A stretch of DNA of 64,000 bases from Eledone cirrhosa (Eukaryota): assembly GCA_964016885.1 (NCBI GenBank), contig OZ024743.1:125550001-125614000 (forward strand). Direction: 5' to 3'. Both the position numbers and the translations under genes were made by a program. Position 1 is the stretch's first letter. Each line of letters opens with the position of its first letter. The notes under the pieces are model-generated. The model saw nothing but the letters and a program-made list of their open reading frames with translations. It ran no database searches and was not told where the DNA came from. Below, one piece after another: positions 1 to 13,207 of this stretch.

Positions 1-942
1 TGGTGGAGGGTGCTCTGAAAGTACAGTAGCCAGAGTCAGAATGGGATGGAAAGAGTTCAGAGAGCTTATACCACTATTGGCCACTAAAGGTTTCTCCCTA
101 AAAATGAAAGGCAGATTGTATGATGCCTGTATACGAACAGCAATGTTACATGGCAGTAAGACATGGGCATTGCATGCAGAGGACCTGTGCAGACTGGAAA
201 GGAACGAAGCATCCATGCTCCATTGGATGTGTAATAGTAATATACGCGAACGGCAAAGCATAAATGAACTAAGTGAGTAATTAGGAATAAGAGGGATCGG
301 ATGCTGTTTACTCGAAAGAAGACTACGTTGGTATCGTTACGAGATGCGCATGAAAGACGACAGCTGTATAAAAAAGTGCAGGGTGATCAAAATAGATGGA
401 AGTTACGGAGTAAGTAGACCCAGAAAAACCTGGGACGATTTGATAAATTCCGCCCTTACACACTTACACCTCTCTAGACCGAGAGCTTTGGCGCTATGCA
501 GTAATACAGAAGACCCGCCTTGCCTATGTACAAAGCGAAACCTACAGTCAGTAGGCACCTCTTAACCAAATATATACCCCATCCCACAGCCCCTACTGCA
601 CCCCACCCCTTACTCCCACCAACACAACCCTTTCTCTGTAAAGTTATGTTGGTACCACAACATCCAGTCCAAAATAAATGAGGTCGTGTAGGTGTCTCGA
701 CAAAAAAAACACACAGTCTACGCTGTAATGTGGTCGTGTATGTAACACAGTAAAAACCTCCCAGTCCACACTGTAAACGTGGTTGGTGTTAGGAAGGGCA
801 TCCAGCCATAAAAAAACCTGCCAGACAGTCCTATACGAGCGAGACATGGTCACCCGACCAATCTTGCCTCAAGTAGGACAATTCCCGACTAAACATATGC
901 TAGCGTGGAAGATAGACGTTAAACGATGATGATGATGATGAT
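1..942 (+). mobile_element. RTE-clade LINE 3' part (disrupted RT C-terminus, 3'UTR, (GAT)n tail)
   Basis: GWKEFRELIPLL..KGFSLKMKGRLYDACIRTAMLHGS.TW; premature stop at 280; tail gttaaacGATGATGAT. Close relative of 30749-31863. Confidence 0.92.
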
Positions 943-969
943 GGTATATATATATATGTATATATATAT

Positions 970-1391
970 GACCAAAGATTAATATGGTTCATTGATTACT
1001 CAATGAATATAGTTTTACAATAGATTAAAAGCACTCTACAAAAAAGTTTTCTGGAGTTATTAATATTATTCAGAATATTAATAAATGAAGACATTCACAT
1101 AATCAAAATATATGTTTTATTATATATATTTCGAAGGTACTGTGCTGGTTTTTCAGTACGTCCTCGTCAGATAAAATACATGAATGATGTATGACATACC
1201 CCAACCGTCTTGATGGTTCAATTCTAGTATTGGCAGTGATTTATTACAACAAATCTCAACATTTATATACCACAAATAATATGATAAACTTAAATTTAAT
1301 AAAGAAGAGGATGTGGAGCGAGATATGGGTATAAGGAGGGGGTGAGTAAATTATATGAATGTCTTCATTTATTAATATTCTGAATAATTTG
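970..1391 (-). mobile_element. Penelope-type pseudo-LTR fragment with inverted terminal copy, inserted in (TA)n
   Basis: Carries the hammerhead at 1112-1181. 1065-1103 is inverted-repeated at 1350-1388. TA tracts on both sides. Confidence 0.7.
1112..1181 (-). ncRNA. Minimal type I hammerhead ribozyme (intact core)
   Basis: Minus strand reads TTTTAT-CTGACGA-GGAcGTACTG(loop)CAGTACcTTC-GAAA-TATATA-TA^ATAAAA: stem I, core, stem II and a palindromic stem III. Predicted cut between 1121 and 1120. Confidence 0.85.
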
Positions 1392-1416
1392 TATATATAT
1401 ATATATATATATATAT

Positions 1417-1675
1417 TCAGGAGATAAGGATGCAATTCACTTCAAGCACTCAACTTCATATTACTTCTTTAAAATAAGGAAGATGGAGTATATTTATAAA
1501 GAGGAAAATGTGATGTTGTTAGTGTCTTTTATTAATTGAGCTGTTAAACATTTTTCCATGATGATAATTGTCATGATTTCTTCAGACAGCAAAATTGAGT
1601 AAAAGGAAATATGTATAACGGCTCAATTAATAAAAGACTCTAACATCTACAACTTAACATTTTTCTTTTTATATA
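1417..1675 (-). mobile_element. Second Penelope-type pseudo-LTR fragment with inverted copy
   Basis: Hammerhead at 1540-1590; ~1495-1556 is inverted at ~1606-1674. Flanked by TA/TG repeats. Confidence 0.6.
1540..1590 (-). ncRNA. Degenerate type I hammerhead ribozyme
   Basis: Minus strand reads GCTGT-CTGAAGA-aatcatga..tcatg-GAAA-AATGTT-TA^ACAGC. The stem II base is damaged; the inverted arm at 1606 keeps GAAATATGTATAACGGC. Confidence 0.65.
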
Positions 1676-1694
1676 TGTGTATATATATATATGC

Positions 1695-1736
<42 letters not shown>

Positions 1737-4700
1737 AACTATATATGATATATAATTATAATGTAATCAAAAAGATTCTTACAAGCATGGCCCAAGATGG
1801 AAAATGTGTATAACACTGCCTACAAGAGTTGAACCACATATGTAGCTGACGACTGTCTTACTGATTAAAGCAAACTTGAACAGCTCTAGCCATCAAATTA
1901 ATGCTTCTCAGCATCTTACTCATCTCTCATGAGGATAGCCACTTGACCAACCAGTAGAGATCTCTCCAACAATGGTTAACATAGTCCAATATGATACTGA
2001 AATTCCTCGTGTTTTTTTGACTAAAACAACCCCAGAATATGGATAATATATAACTATAATGTAAATAGTTAAAATTTTTATGATTTAATAAAAACTTAAA
2101 ATTATGCATTTTCAAGCATTGCTTAAAATCGTAAAAGTGTACAAGGCTGTCAATGGGAATCAAATCACATATGTCGTATACTGGATGACAGCTAATCAAA
2201 CTATAAGCACTAATTTGTTGGTTATAGTCATTAAATCCACTTTGTTGTATTTGATAACAATTTCCTGGTATACCACAAATAAGTTGTTCAACACCTGTGG
2301 GGTGCTTGTACACTTTTTCTCTGTAAGTGTATAATTGATGTTAAATTTCTGCCTCCTTGATTTTGTTTTAGGTTGAGGCAGTTAGTATCACTTATAGAAA
2401 TACCTGGTGGTTGTTATAGTTTCTAATTGTCATTACTTTAGGTTAGATGGAAGGCAGTGGATTGGAAGTATTGGTAGAGCGTTGGGCAAAATGCTTTGCA
2501 GCATTTAGTTACAATTTTCTACATTCTGAGTTGAAATACTGCTGAGGTCAACTTTGCCTTTCATGACTTCCCAGGTCGATAAAATAAAGAACCAGTTAAA
2601 TACTAGCATTGATATATTTGACTTTCACCTTCCCCTAAATTGTTGGCCTTGTGCCAATATTAGAAAGAATTATTATAGGTTAGATAAGAGTAGTAGATGG
2701 CAGAATCAGAAGAGCAGTGGATAAAATACTTTTCAACATTTGGTTATATCTTGTTACATTCTGAGTTCAAATTCTGCAAAATTTCATATAATCTTTCATC
2801 TTTCTGGTAAAATAAATAGCTGTCAAGTACAAGAGTTAATTTTATCCACTGTGGCCTTAGCAAGAAATTACATAGAAATTTTATAGTAACTCCTATGTGG
2901 TCATTTGGTATAATTATTGTGTTATGGTTTTAAATTCTGTAGTTCTTTTAGAAGGCTTTTGAATCTAAATACTATGGCCCCCAGACAACAAAGAACAATG
3001 ACTCTGGCATACATATGAATCAATTTCCATTTTATTTATTTGAGGACTTTTTACAGTGTGTCCCATATAGGCATATGTCACATGACACTAGTGACAAAAA
3101 TACATGCTATAAAATCAATGTTTAATAAAAAAAATAATACACAATACAATAGGTTAGATGTGTTTCCATTTTCATTTTATTTCATGTTTTTAATAATTTT
3201 TTTATAAGGCTATATTTTCTATTGTGCTAAGACTTGTGTCAAGCTTAACTACTGCATCTTTCTTCCTTATCTTGATTTGAATAACTACTATCCTGCTGTA
3301 TTCTCACTTCCCATATGGGGCCTTCACATATTTAACCTTGTGTTATTGCCAATCATTGTCTTGATTCATAAAAGCTCAGTTGTTCTTTTGTGCTGACAAA
3401 TCGTTATTACAGCTCGTTTTTCTGTAGAGCACTGCTTCTTGTCTCAACTTCCCATCTTCTCTCTCATGCATTATATAGCCTTTTCCAGTGAAATAATTGT
3501 TGGCTGTTTGGTTTCAGTGTTAACAACCATTCAATTTTATAATATAATCTGTCCCTATTGTTTCTAACAATGCCTTTTCTATAGCTTGGTTTTCTGCCTT
3601 TATTTTTGTTCTCCATATTTCACAGGACAACTAGTCTGTTATATCCCACAGTCCTGCCCTTTCACACATTACATAATATATGTACATATTGTGTTCTGTT
3701 CTTGTGAGTGCAGAGGAGTATTGTATAAGGAGATTTATTCATATTCCTACAACATGGCCAAGATGTTTCCATCTACCATTGTTAGATAAGATGACGGTGT
3801 CTTGCTCACACAGAACTGTTTCTGGCTTGGTTTCTATGGCTAGATGCCTTTCCTCAAGCCAACCACATTTATAGCATGGACTGGATGCTTTCTATCATGG
3901 CACTAAAATGATCAACTAATAGGTTGAACTGGGTACTTTTTCATTGTGTTAACCAGCACAACCACCTTACAAGGTGGACCGAGTGCTTTTTATCATGTCA
4001 CTAACACGACCACTTTACAGTGTGCTTTTTGTAGTGTCACTAACATGATCGCATTTTGTCTGACAAGAACATGTTTTAGATTATGTTATACATAAGCCTT
4101 GCATTTTCGAAATATGTATAATAAAATAAGTAGAGATGATCTAAAGTGACTATCTTTTGTTTATTATTATTATTACACACACACACATGTATACATATAA
4201 GAAATGGAATTTCTACTGATTCCTTTATTCTGTAAAACACAATCTTTCCTATGTTTACCAATTTTGTGTGTTCTAGTATATGATGAATTCTTAGTTGTGA
4301 TTTTGGTTTGCATAGAATTTATCCTAGCTAATTATAATTAGCTAAGATTCAAAAATAATTGTTTATGAATTAAGAAACAAAGATAGAACAGCTTTGAATT
4401 TCTTTATGAATATATTGCCTAGATGATTTAATGTGTTTTAAAAATATTTTTATCTTATGCAAGGTTTCTATTTTTCTCTTGTGATTCTGGATATTTTAAA
4501 GTCTTTCTCTAGAGGCTCATTAGGTTAGGCTTCGATTTGAAATGGTAATTAAGCAATTGAGGGTACAAGACTCCACTCTGGACAAGACACCAGTCTATCA
4601 CCTGTTTAACTCTCACCAGGTGTTGCTTGTACTAATCTTTCAATGTTAAATGAAATGCCTTACTCGAGGATACAGTGTCAGATCTGGGAATCAATATCAC

Positions 4701-5925
4701 ATTTATATGACCTTAAACCCAGTACTACAACCACTAAGACAAGGAACTTTCTGGGGGAGATTTGTTGGACACATCTTTAAAATTAACTATACAGAGGAGG
4801 CTGACAGTTGTCATCACCGTTGGAAGGAAGCAGACTGACAACAAAGAATCTTGAACATAGCTGTGCCCAAATTTCCATGTCCTTGTTGTCAGTATTCTTT
4901 TAGGTCAAAAATAGGCTTATACAGCCATGTTAGAACACGCATAATTTCAATGGGATCAAATTCTCCAGACTGAGAGGTGCCAACGATGATGATGATTCTA
5001 GATGTTGGATTCTTCATATCCATTGAATTTTTCCTCTTAATTTAGCAGTCTTATTCGTACATACATATTAGCATGTGGCTTAGTGGTTGAAGTGTTAGAC
5101 TCACAATCATTATGGGTTTGAGTTAGTGTTCTTCAGCAAAATACTTTATTTCATGTCGCTCTTTCTGCCAGGATTTGTGACTGACAGATAGTATCAGCAA
5201 TGAAAGTAATATTTCCTTTGTTCAATCATGTGATTTACTCCTTTCTTTTTCATTAGAACTTAATTTAACCATCATATTAGTACTCAATATAATAGTCATA
5301 TTAGTACTTAATTTAATGCTATTAATACTTAACTTAGTACCATTATAGCAATGTAAGATTAGATTGAGCAGCCCTATAGTCAACGACATTCCAACTTTGA
5401 CCATATTGCCTTATTTTCAGACATTGTATATCTAGGACTACATTATTTAATGAGTCATTCATTTTTTTAAGCAGTAGTGTGATTTGAGGGATAATTAGCT
5501 GCTAATTTTCGTAGGACTAGCAACCATGTTTAGGGTTTTTCCTAATTGGCTGATTTAATAGTTATCATCATTTCATGCCTGCTTTCCTTGCTGACTTCGG
5601 TTTGATGGGTCATTAAGGTCCAAGACTAAATTGGATGCCCTTCCTTAATCCAACCACTTTGTAGAGTGTACTAGACACCAGCACAGTTCACCCGCCGAGG
5701 TTAACTTTGCCTTTCATCCTTACGGGGTCGATAAAATAAAGTACCAGTAATGTACTGGGTAATTGATGGCCTTGTGCCAAAAGTGGAAACAATTATTTGT
5801 TTATTCTCAACATCTGACAACTTAGATGTGACAAAACAACAATAAGAAAATTAAATTCATTGTTTAAAATAATTATGACATCATTATTGAAGAACACATT
5901 GTTTAGAATTAGAACCATTGTTTAA

Positions 5926-6182
5926 CCCTTCCATTACCTTATTTCCAATAAATGACACTACCTATGATTTTCAAAGCATTTTATAAATAATCAAAAATTT
6001 GAAGAGATTTAGTAATATAACTAACTTTCTCAAACAGTGGTGTTTGAAACATAACATAATAAAATAAAGGTTCTTACATAGAATTATGACAGAATGTTTT
6101 TAGATAAATGTAAACACTTTAGGTCAAACAGTTTTGTATCACAGAACCATGGGTGGTTTCAGGTAGTTTGGTATCAAATGGG
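5926..6182. mobile_element. piggyBac-type MITE (representative copy; others ~11020-11280, 11965-12205, 13460-13660, 17015-17185, 21940-22345, 27680-27937, 30190-30367, 37222-37540, 62030-62168)
   Basis: TTAA|CCC...GGG|TTAA ends and a shared internal sequence across copies. Confidence 0.75.
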
Positions 6183-6281
6183 TTAAAAGATAGACTATAT
6201 CTAGTGTTTCCATATACGTAGGCTTAGCAATTGAACTAAAATTTTGAAACCTAAGTCATTAAGTAGATTTTCACTGTTTAG

Positions 6282-6347
6282 TCAGTTCAGGGCAGTGCTC
6301 ATGACCCCTTTTATGGCTTCCGAGATTAGTAGAAGACAGGGAAGAAG
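6282..6347 (+). CDS. Candidate 66-nt symmetric phase-2 exon upstream of MLF exon A
   Basis: Acceptor ttttcactgtttAG and donor GAAG|GTATCT. Open in the frame compatible with exon A (QFRAVLMTPFMASEISRRQGRR). No recognisable MLF homology. Confidence 0.2.
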
Positions 6348-7129
6348 GTATCTTCAAATCAGAGACCTGATGTGAATGTTTGCAATCATTGAGGAGGCCT
6401 TAATAAGTGTCCAATCTGTATTGGACACTCATAAAGGCCCCCCAAAAGCCAGGTGGTGATATTAAAACAGACAACAGATTAAGTTTACCACTGAAGTAAG
6501 CTACGGTGGGATTTGAACCCAGAATGCAAAAGGCTGGAACAAATCTTGTCTGACACTAACAATTCTACCTATATGCTATCCTGAACTGGTACTTTATTTT
6601 ATTCCTGCTGAAAGGGTGAAAAGCAAAATTGGCCCTGGTTTGATTTGAACTCAGTACATAAGCAACTGGAACAAATACTGCAAGATAGATCATATATGCT
6701 CTAGCAAATCAGTTCATTTGCCATGTTTGTATATAGTTATCAAGAAAGCTAGTGTGTGGGAATTATAGCTATAGTATAAATAAAAATGTGGGTATAATGT
6801 TTCTAGTAAAACAATAATTTGTTATTTAATATAAAAGCTTTAAAAATAAGCCAGTCAACCTACCAGTTAGTGAAATAAGAGAATTGCTAATAATACAATC
6901 AGTCTTATTGAAGGAATGCAGTCTTCAATATAGATTATTGTCAAGCATGTTTAAGTTAAGGTAGCAAAAGGATTTTTTTTTTTTTTTTGTAACATGAAAA
7001 TAATAATTATTCAGTTGGTTATTTATCAAGCTAGTTAGTGTGTCAATTATGAGCTAACCTGAAAGACAAGATAAAGTGTTACAATTGAACATATAATCAT
7101 ATTAAGTAGAAAAAATGACAGGGCTCTGG

Positions 7130-7925
7130 CCCTATCAGGAAAGTGGCCATGCTCAATATGTTGAAAAGAAGTAGGTGAGAACTCTTTACTCAATGTAAAA
7201 CATGGGCACACAAGAGATGTAGTGGGGTTGTAGGTAGACTAACAGAAAAGGTAAAGTTTGTATGTAGGAGATACACAGGGGTAGTTAGTAGTAAGAACCC
7301 AAATGTTATAAACTTTCTCCAATCCTGGAAAAGCTCTATAGAAGTAGTTGATAGCTTCTGTTATCTAGGTGACCTAATTAGCAGCAGAGAAAATTGTTCT
7401 GAAAGTATTGTATCTGGAATACAAAAAAACAGGCTGGGGAAGGTTCAGCGAACTACTCCCTTTGTTGTCAACAAAAGGTTTCTCTCTACAAATGAAAATC
7501 TAGCTGTATGGTGCTTGAGAGCGAAATGCAATGTTGCATTGAAATGAAACATGGGCAGTAAATGCAGAGAATATGCAGAGGCTGGAGAGCAATGAAACAA
7601 GCATGGATGTATGATGTTAAAATGCATGAACAGCCAAGCAATTCAGATATCAAACATAGACTGCAAGAGAGAAGACTGCACTAGTATGGATATTTGATGT
7701 GTATGGATGGGGATTGTTGGTTGAAGAAGTGCCAGGAGTTCCCAGTGGAGGAAGCTGCGGTAGAAGGAGGCAAAGGGAGACATGAGCGCAGTCAGTTAAA
7801 GTGGATCTCAAAATACTGAACTTGACAGGGGAGATGACAAAGGAATACAGTAGGTTTAGGGAAGTTGTGCTCATCCAACCCATGCAAGCATGGAAAAGCA
7901 AATGTAAAAAGGATGAGGATGATGA
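7130..7925 (+). mobile_element. Old RTE LINE fragment of the same superfamily
   Basis: gttgatagcttctgttatctaggtgac (VDSFCYLGD), degenerate downstream RT and a GAT-rich tail. Confidence 0.7.
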
Positions 7926-8279
7926 CTACATTTGGGTGAGCAAAAATACATAACTAGTGGTTCCTACTCATATGGATGGATAACCATAAACATTTTTGAT
8001 GCTTTATTTATTTATTGTGTTGTATAATAATTTTCTAGTTATTCCACGTTTTACCAAGTTTTATCCATATATGGTATTATTTTATTTCCCTTACCATCAT
8101 CATCACAATCATTATCATTTGATGTCTATTTTTCCATGCTGGCATCGGTTCGATTTTATAAAACTTTATTTATTCAGCCTCATATGTATTGTAATCCATA
8201 TGTTTTTGATGTTTGTTGTATTGTATAAACTCAAGATACTGGCCCAAAACTGTGACTTTGTTTCTGTGGGTGCTGAATA

Positions 8280-10010
8280 ATACTGATCTGAAATGATTTG
8301 TGATGCAATGAACTCAATTTAAATCAAATAAGACAGTCTGTTAGAAAACAACATGCTAGACCTCAATGCTGTATACAATCAAGCACATTTGCTAGATGTG
8401 GCCCAACAAAGTTCTAGTATTTTTTCGAACATGGAAGTTGTAAACTTTAGTCCAACTGCATCCATCATAGCCAAGCCTATTAAATCCCCAAAGCTGGAAA
8501 AGGAATATTCTGTTGAAATCCAGAAGACAACAAAATCTCAATGCCTGTTCTGTGGAAATGATAGATACCTGCATAGTAGTTTTGTGAGGGAGGCAGTCTG
8601 TCATAAGTACAAGAAAATAGGACATTTTAAAATACTTTGCTGATCAAGCTCAGCAGCTGTGATACCTCCCAATAAGGATAATGATTACTTGTGTTCGGCA
8701 GTGTTAGCATTAGCAGGTTCTCCTCTCTGTGTAACCTCCACAGTAATATTGTATGTTACTTACAAAGCTGAAGCATTGATTGACAGTGGTAGTACTGACA
8801 AAAGTTTTATCAGTGATAAACTAGTTAATGTTCTCAACCTCAAAACAGTCCCATTGAAGAATTTCATTGGTATGGCTTCTGCGTCTTTCTCTGCTAAATC
8901 CAACAGGTACTACATTGTAACACTAAACCTTGGTAATCAACTGTACCATAACATGAAACTGTACATGCTCAAAAACCTTATGAAAGTATTGCCATTTGAT
9001 ATGAAGGACAGAAACCACCATTAACATTTGCTGCATTACCAGCTATGAAGACTGATCCCCCAGAACTATTTATACATCTCAGCAAGGACTGTAAACCTAT
9101 TGCAGCCAAATCTTGAAAATACTTTGAATGTGATAGAAAGTTCAAGTCAGAAGTATGCCACCTAGCAGATGTCAATATTATTGAACAGAGTAATGCACTG
9201 GGTAATTGCTGGCCTTGTGCCTAAAGTAGAAACAATATTATTGAACAGAGTAATTCCCCTTGGAGATCCCAAGTGCTCATTGTACATGAGAAAACAAAAC
9301 GAAGAATGGTGGTAGATTATTCAGAGACAATTAATAAATAAACACATCTTGATGGCTACCGGCTTCCAAAAATACTATTGACAAGTATAAAATCTACAGT
9401 ATTATAGATTTATGTCCAACATACCATCAAATTCCTTTATCTGCAAAAGATCGTCAATTCACAACTTTTAAAGCTGATTAAATTATGGTAGTATACAATA
9501 CCCTCAGTCCTGATCCAGAGAGACTCATACCACTTCTCTATCTTCCTGCTCTAGTCGGCCAGAAATCATTAAAACATGTAATTGGTATGTTTTCTTATTA
9601 TGCTAAGTGGATCTGTAAATTTTCTGATGAAATCCGACTTCTCAATAATGTAACAAAATTTACTCTCAACAGCCAACAAGTAAACGTATTTGCGTTTTTG
9701 AAATCGGAATTAACGAATGCTGCCGTGCAAGGGGTAGGTGAGAACCTTACATTTACTGTTGAGACTGATGCCTCGGTCTTTGCTATATCTGCAATCCTAA
9801 ACCAGGATTCTCGCACGCTACAAGGAAGTGAACAGTACCACTCCTCTTGACTTTAGAAACTTGTTTTCAATTTTCGGTATGCCCAGTTATGTACATTCCG
9901 ATTGTGGAATTGCCTTTATGTCTGCAGAATTGAGAGAATGGCTCCTCAGTAAGGGCATTGCAACAAATAGAACAACACTGTATAATCCCACCAGAAACAG
10001 TCAGTGACCT
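8280..10010 (+). mobile_element. Decayed Ty3/Gypsy LTR retrotransposon internal region (gag-PR-RT-RH-IN order)
   Basis: Zn knuckle (C..C/GHF..LC), protease ALIDSGS, RT SPWRSQVLIV..RMVVDYS, RNase H FTVETDASVFAISAILNQ, integrase HSD.G.AFMS.E...GI...TT.YNP. Multiple stops and deletions. Confidence 0.9.
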
Positions 10011-11422
10011 CCCTTGACCTGATAGAGAGTATGCGCATTGTCAGTCATGATGGATGCAATTTTGTTTTGGTGATGTTTTTATCGCTGATTTCAGACTTGT
10101 TTTAGACTAAGATTGGAAAATAGTTTCTTTGAGCCAGGTAACTTGCTGGTCATTCTATCAACTGTTAAGAGTCTTTTTTTGAAGTTTGTGTTGCATTGTC
10201 TTTAAGTTGAAGTCTTTTGTGGAAATCAAAACTTGTTAGTTATTATGATAACAACACTCTACCTGTCTAGTCACTTTTCACAGACACACACACTCTTTCT
10301 CTCAACAACAACTTTCATTTCTTCCCTTTTCCTTCCTACATATATGTGTGATAGACAGACAGGGGGAGAAACAGCTGTTTTATAATATAGATTGTTTGTA
10401 ACCTTGATTGCAATTATGATTACATAAAAAAGAAACATATAACTAAAATAATCCCAATCATTGCCAATACAATCTAGCAAAGTGTTGAAACTAAAGATAT
10501 AGCAATGTATTTTTATGCCTAAAACTAACTAGAGCTTTTAAATTGTCATTCATAATTGACTAAATATATATGTAGTCTAATGGGCTTTAGGATTACAGGT
10601 GGCTAATATAAAACTGTGTATTTATGTTTTGCACATGTGGATGTTGTTTTTTTTTTTGTTTTGTTTTTTTTTTGTTTACAAGTGGTAGCACTCAAACAGA
10701 GACTACGTAGCACTGAGAATACGCTCTCATCCTACTGAGAACATAACAATCTCTCCAGTGCTGTTGCCATGATAAAATGTACCCACTACACTCTGTAAAG
10801 TGGTTGTTTTTAAGAAAAGTATCCAGCCATAGAAACCATACCTGGTAATAAAAAATGAAGGGCACATTTGATAATAGCTCTAGATTCACTATGTCAGAAA
10901 CAATAAGATGGAATGCTTCATCCTGGTAGATCTGGGATTAAATAACAATAATTACAAGCCTATAAAGCTATAGAAAATCTTTAGGTACCAGTTAACTTTA
11001 GTATGTAGCTTTATTTAGTTCACTCTTTTGATACCAAGCTGTCTGAAACCACCCCTGGTTTTATCAAGCAAGACTGTTTGTCTTGGTGTTTATATTCATC
11101 TAAAAATGTTCTATCATAATTTTATGTAAGAATCTTTGTTAAGTCATGTTCCAACAGCCAGTTAAATAATGATAAGGTTAATTATATTACTAAATCCCAA
11201 ATTCTTGATTATTCTCAAAATGATTTGAAGATCATAGACATTGTCTTTCATTAGAAATATGTTAACTAAACGGTTGATATATGAAGTGTAAGAACTCACT
11301 GACCTTTATTTCTATATAGTAGGTGCAAATTAATTCACAAAATCAACAGTGATTAGGGTTGACTCTTAGGTCAGAAATTTATTCTGTATGTTTCACCTAA
11401 CCCATGCCAGTTTGGAAAATCT

Positions 11423-11666
11423 GAAAGCCAGTACAATGCAGTTGAAATATATAAACAAAGTAATGTTTCTTACCCAGTATATTTCAACATGATATTGTAT
11501 GCACAATCCACACATATAGACCAGTTAAGGAAGAATACATCATTCGTTTTTGTTTTGCATAACCCTGAAATATGTTAAAATAAACTGGGTAAAAAATTCT
11601 ACTTTGTTTTGTTATATTTGTCATCCTTTGCCCTTTATATATTTCTACCGCATTGTACCGGCTTTC
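11423..11666. mobile_element. Unclassified MITE with ~33-bp TIRs
   Basis: GAAAGCCAGTACAATGCAGTTGAAATATATAAA versus TTTATATATTTCTACCGCATTGTACCGGCTTTC. Confidence 0.55.
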
Positions 11667-12408
11667 TAAATCCTTACTAATCAATTAATATTTATTTATA
11701 TTTTAGAAAATGTTGTATAGAATGTTACTGTAAGATTTACTTCGGTATTTGTAAATGAACTACAATAGTACCATCTTGTATATCAAGACTATTCCTATAT
11801 TTTTTTTATTGTATTGAAACATCATTAATAAATATTTTCTTGCTTTATGTCATGAGCTAAGATTATACATATTCCTGTAATTGAACAGTAAATTAAAAAA
11901 ACTGTGCTATTAAAGTAGACAAGATTAAAACAACCTTATAGAAAAATGTCCTCTTTAAACCTTGTTACCATATTTTTAATGAAATACACTCCATATGTGT
12001 TTCAATTGATTTTGAAGATAAAAATATTTGGAAGGATTTTATAATATAACTAACTTTCTCATTATTAAGCTGGTGCCTGGAATCTAACTTAATAAAGGTT
12101 CTTATATAAAAAATATGATGGAAGACATTTATATAACACTTTAAAACAAGCAGTTTTATATCATAGAGCTGGGTGGTTTCAGGCAATTTGGTATCAAAAG
12201 GGTTAAAGTCTCTGATTGTGGCTTTAGACTGTGACTAGATCTTTATCTTATAACCAACAAATAAGGAAATTATTATCATTAAAAGAATGTAATATTGTCA
12301 AATATATTTTAATAAAATATTGAAATACAAACAAAAATTTCCTTTATAAAAATTCAATGATTTTTGTTTCTCATATATATCTACAACTCTTATCTGTTTA
12401 TGTTAAAG

Positions 12409-12610
12409 GTTTCCCAAAACTCATATGCGCATGATGGATTTTGGATTCACTGGCCGAGAGAACATTAGGAACCAACAGAGGTCTAAGAGCTGTGAACGTA
12501 CTAACTGTAAAAATGATTTAGTAGGATTTGGATTAAATGAAGACTATTTTGGATTTAATGACATCTTTAATAACATGCGGAGGATGATGGCTGGAATGAA
12601 TCAATCTCTG
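12409..12610 (+). CDS. MLF: Myeloid leukemia factor (MLF) homologue, coding exon A (first clear exon in the window; phase-2 start)
   Basis: Acceptor ttatgttaaAG at 12407-12408 and donor CTG|GTAAGT at 12611. Reads FPKTHMRMMDFGF...FGFNDIFNNMRRMMAGMNQSL, the Met/Phe-rich segment that precedes the MLF core. Ends in phase 0 and joins exon B in frame. Confidence 0.8.
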
Positions 12611-12902
12611 GTAAGTAAATAGTATTTTTTTCTATTTTGAAATTAAATAGGATAATATTATTATTGTTAGGTACATTAAAAGGGTGGTTAATTGGCAGAA
12701 TCAGTAAAGCGTCGGATACCCTGCTTTGTGACATAGAGTTACGGCCCTTTACACCCTGAGTTCAAATCCTGCTGAGGTAAGCTTTGCCTTTCATCCTTAC
12801 AGCATCGATAAAATAAAGTACCAGTCATACACTGGGATCAATTTAATCAACTTAACCCTTCCCCAAAATTGCTGGTCTTGTGCCAGAAACCATTATTAGG
12901 TA

Positions 12903-13207
12903 CATTAAACTCTCGGTTCAATGAACCCCCATTTAATGGATTTGCAATTTAGTAGTCCATATAATAATAGAATGTACTGCTGCTATAGTCATGGCAAAAT
13001 ACTCTTCAATTACAGTCAAAAATGAAACAAAAATTACATGTACTATAATTACATTACTATAATTGAATTAATTTTATATTGTACACTCATGCATATTGTA
13101 TTAAAGTAGATATTTACATTCAAATCAATAAATATAACCTTTAAGTTACCTTAAATTTAATGGATATACCTTCCTACTCTTAGTTCCATTAAATCAGGTG
13201 TTTACTG
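12903..13207. mobile_element. Tigger/pogo-like MITE (a similar one at ~40831-40986)
   Basis: Degenerate CAGTAAAC..TTTAATG-type TIRs next to TA. Confidence 0.45.

Noticed and set aside
1927-2334. Overlapping 128-aa and 76-aa ORFs
   Set aside because: No motif or splice support; probably old repeat or chance ORFs.
3860-4055. Repeated ~45-bp units resembling a repeat-spacer array
   Set aside because: Tandem copies of a segment of the common RTE-associated 3'UTR repeat seen many times in the window; not CRISPR.
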